Part shown: piece after piece, positions 60,943-64,000 of the stretch
How positions within the stretch are numbered: the stretch's first letter is position 1
Layout: each line of letters starts with the position of its first letter
Assembly (NCBI GenBank): GCA_963575745.1
Contig: CAUYUJ010000208.1
Span: 1 to 64,000 of the forward strand
DNA length: 64,000 nt
Origin: Prorocentrum cordatum
Taxonomy: Eukaryota
Reading direction: 5' to 3'
Made by a program: the position numbers and the translations under genes
Notes under the pieces: model-generated
Database searches by the model: none
What the model was told of the DNA's origin: nothing
What the model saw: only the letters and a program-made list of their open reading frames with translations

Positions 60943-63900
60943 CTAAAGTCCCGCCTCCGACGCCCAGTAGTGCCGGGTGGGCGCCACCGGGGCCCACGCG
61001 CCGGCCGCGTCGTCCCAGCCCAGCGCCAAGCCGGGCTCTGGTGGCGACGCCGGGCGCCCCTCGGCCGGCTCGGGCGCAGGGCAGTCGGCGACCAAGGGCG
61101 ATGGCGGTGGCGACGCGGCGCCGCTGCAGCCGCCGTCTGAGTCGCTGCCCGCGCTGGCCACGGCGGCGTCGGGCGCGGGCGGCTCCGTGGCGTCGATTAC
61201 CAGGGGCCACCCGACGGAGTTCAGCGCCTTCGCGGGGTCGACGCTCTCTTCGTCCGAGGACCAGACCAGACTGCCGCCCAAGGCGGGATCCACGCTCTCC
61301 GAGTGCGCGTCGGAGCTCCAGTCCGAGAAGCAACCCAGAGCGGGGTCCACGCTGTCCGAGCGCGCGTCGGAACAGCAGGCAGAATCGGTGTCCAGGCCGC
61401 CGCCGCCCGATGCCGCGTCCTCTTCGGGGCGCCCACTGTCCTCCTCCGAGGCCTCTGACTCCGCGCCCACATCGTCTTCGCTGGCGTCGGAGTCGCTGAG
61501 GAAGCCTGGGCAGGTCTGCTCCGCGCTGGGGTCCCCGCCGACGGGCAGCCAGTCCGTCGCGCGGATGCGCCCCAGCAAGAAGACCGAGTCTCGCGTTCGA
61601 AACCGCGACAGCGCGACGTACGCGTAGCCTCGGTCCGGCCGCTTCCTTGGGGGGGGGGGGGGGGGGTCGACCGTGGGCCTGAGCGACCAGGGGTCGAGGA
61701 CCGACGCGCTTGGTCTAAGCGGCGGCGGACGCGGGCCGCCGCGCCGATCCTGGGCCCTGGACAGGCATGCCCGCGTCGCCTGCCCGCGGTTGGCGCCCTC
61801 CGCGTCCTGTCGAAGCAGATGGCGCCCATGTCCAGCGTGCTGCCCTGGGAGCGGCGGATCGTCATCGCCTAGCCGTACGTGCACGGCATGAACTTCTGCC
61901 CGTCCGCGAATACGTAGTGGACGAGCAGCCGCGTGTTCTCCGTGGTGCGGAGCACGAGCACGGGCGGCTGGACCGAGAGGACCTCCTCGACGTGGCCGAG
62001 GCATCCGTTCACGAAGCCCCGGTCCTTGTCGATGTTGCGTGTCAGCCGCAAGCGCATGCCCTTCCGGAAGATCATGCGGCCCCCGCCGGCGCCAGGGTCG
62101 CCGGGCACGCCGTGGGCGCCCAGCTCCTCCTCGTCGATGCCGAACTCCATCCGGAGGCGAAGGAGATTCAGGGCGCGCGCCGCGGCGTTCGTGACGGTCA
62201 GGAACGTGAAGTGCTTGCCCGCGCGGTCCTTCTCCATGGCCATCGCGTGCTGGACGGCCTGGGCCCCGCCCCGGCGCAGGCGGCGGCCCTGGAAGAAGTG
62301 CGCAAGCATGCCCCGCGTCGGCTGGCGCTCCCGCGCGTAGGACAAGAAGTCGGGCATCGGCGCGTCAGTGCATCGGGCGAAGGGGTGCTGCTGCAGTTCC
62401 ACGTGCCGCATATTCCCCTGCCGGGCCTGCGCGAGGAGCGAGCTCTGCATGACCGAGGCGCCGTGGATGGGCTGCAGCTGGTGGAAGTCCCCGACGAAGA
62501 CCACGAAGGGCCCGGGGCTCAGCTCGCGCAGCGCCGTCCGCATCTCCCGCCACACGCGGTCCTCCGGCTGCGAGCATTCGTCGAACACCAGGAGGTCGAA
62601 GTGCCGCAGCCTGCCGGGTGGGACGTATTGCGCGTCGGCCTTCCGCGTGATCTTGAAGCTGCTGTGGATCGTCCCCGCAACAATGTCAAGGCCGGGCGGG
62701 AGCTGCTGCCGGTACACGCTCACCAGCGCGCCGATGGGGCAAGCGATCAGGACCCGGCAGCCCGTCGACGCGGCGTCGATGGCGCACTGCAGCACCACGG
62801 ACGTCTTGCCGGTCCCAGGCCCGCCGGTGACCAGCAGGAAGCGCGACATCGGCGCTACGTTGGCGTCCGCCACCTCGACGCCAGCCCTCACCGCGTCGAG
62901 GACCTGGTTCTGCTCGGGGGACCAGATGAGCTTCTCCACCCGGCGCTCCTTCCTGAGGTCCCACGCCGCCACGGCTCTCCGGCGCGCGTCCACGTCCTCC
63001 ACGGCGTCGATCCGGCGGATCAGGAGCCGACAGGCGCGCAGCCTCGCCACGAACGTGCGGATGCGAGCGGTCTTGAGGCCGCGCAGCACCATGTCCTTGA
63101 CCACTTCCTGCAGCAACCCCGGGTTTGCCGCGTCGTCGTTGTCGAAGTTGTCCTGCGCCGCCACCAGGGCCGCCTTGAGGCGCCGCGTGCCGGCCGCTGC
63201 GTCGTCCGCGGGCCACAGGGCTTTCGCAGGCAGAACGGGCACGCCCTCGCTCATGGCAGCCCGTAGCGCGTCCGAGTCGGCCGCGCGCGGGAGGAACATC
63301 GCGCACCAGGCGCCGACGAAGTTGTCCAGGAGTTCGAACGGGAATCGCACGGCCAGCGCCTGCATAGACTTGTCGGCGCCCCTGCCCCGGCGCGGCTGCG
63401 ACGGCGCCGCGCGCCCATTGTGAATCTTCCGCTCCCTGGCCCACTGGATGTATGAGAGCTCCTGGCTGGGCCGCGCGTCGCCGATGGCCAGGGCCACTTC
63501 CTCGCGGAGGTCGCGCTCCAAGTACGCCCTGTGCAACAGGTCGCCGTCGTTTACGCGCGACGCGTCTGGTGCCGTCCTGTCGCGCGGGAGCGGCGCGTAC
63601 AGGTGCCTCCCGCGGTAGCTGGCAAGCATGAGTGGCTTCGTGGCGAACTCCACCGTCATCTCAGGCTCCAGAGGGGCCTTCTTGCAGAGCAAGCGATAGG
63701 TCTGCCGCCAGGCGCCGCAGTGCTCCGCCTCGCTCTCGCGCGATTGGAATTGCAGGGCGTCCGAGCCCTTCATCTCGTAGCTTGTGACATAGTTCAAGAA
63801 GTTGTGGTGGCCATTGTTGCACTGCGCGTCCGCGGATCCAGTGAAGAGTTTCTCCAGGAAGCGCAGCGGGCGAGGGTCCTCGGGCACAATGCCAGGGTCC

Positions 63901-64000
63901 GTGCCCCCCGGGGGGCGCCCGGCCATGCTGGGAGCGTACCCGAAGATGTTCGCCTTTGTATCGAACTCGACCCACGCCAGCACGTGCACGCGCAGCGTGC
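60943..64000 (-). pseudogene. Helitron-like Rep (HUH)-Pif1 helicase gene, running off the window edge, with a premature stop
   Basis: TLRVHVLAW (HUH position) and YVTSYEMK. Helicase motifs GGPGTGKT, FDECSQ, GDFHQLQP, RNIDKDRGFVNG, PCTYG*AMTIRRSQG (TAG at 61869-61871) and YVALSR. GA-AG intron 61646-61806. Confidence 0.85.

Overview
GC-rich eukaryotic genomic DNA with short GC-AG/GT-AG introns, GA-AG introns, many microsatellites and one 100-N gap. These traits suggest a dinoflagellate (Prorocentrum-like); this is inference. The main content is two diverged tyrosine-recombinase (YR) retrotransposons with split direct repeats (Ngaro/PAT-type A1...B1-A2-B2). Element 1 (22416-33056, +) is complete, its repeats look identical, and it sits without a target-site duplication inside a host exon whose reading frame is restored by precise excision. 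Element 2 (46234 to about 54890, -) loses its 5' end at the gap. In both elements ORF1 and RT/RNaseH are broken by many short spliceosomal-type introns: 6 plus 11 in element 1, and about 7 plus 5 in element 2, whose YR also has introns. Four intron positions are shared in position and phase between the two elements, which points to an old intron-retaining retrotransposon lineage. Several element ORFs begin with a similar SAM-like helical module. Also present: two DNMT5-like cytosine methyltransferase (pseudo)genes, each followed by a CxxC..W..GxxCxxC exon; a pseudogenised Helitron-like Rep-Pif1 gene; a WW-domain exon; and a nested segmental repeat with about 5.6 kb spacing. All calls come from manual reading; no searches were run, and exon boundaries are predictions.
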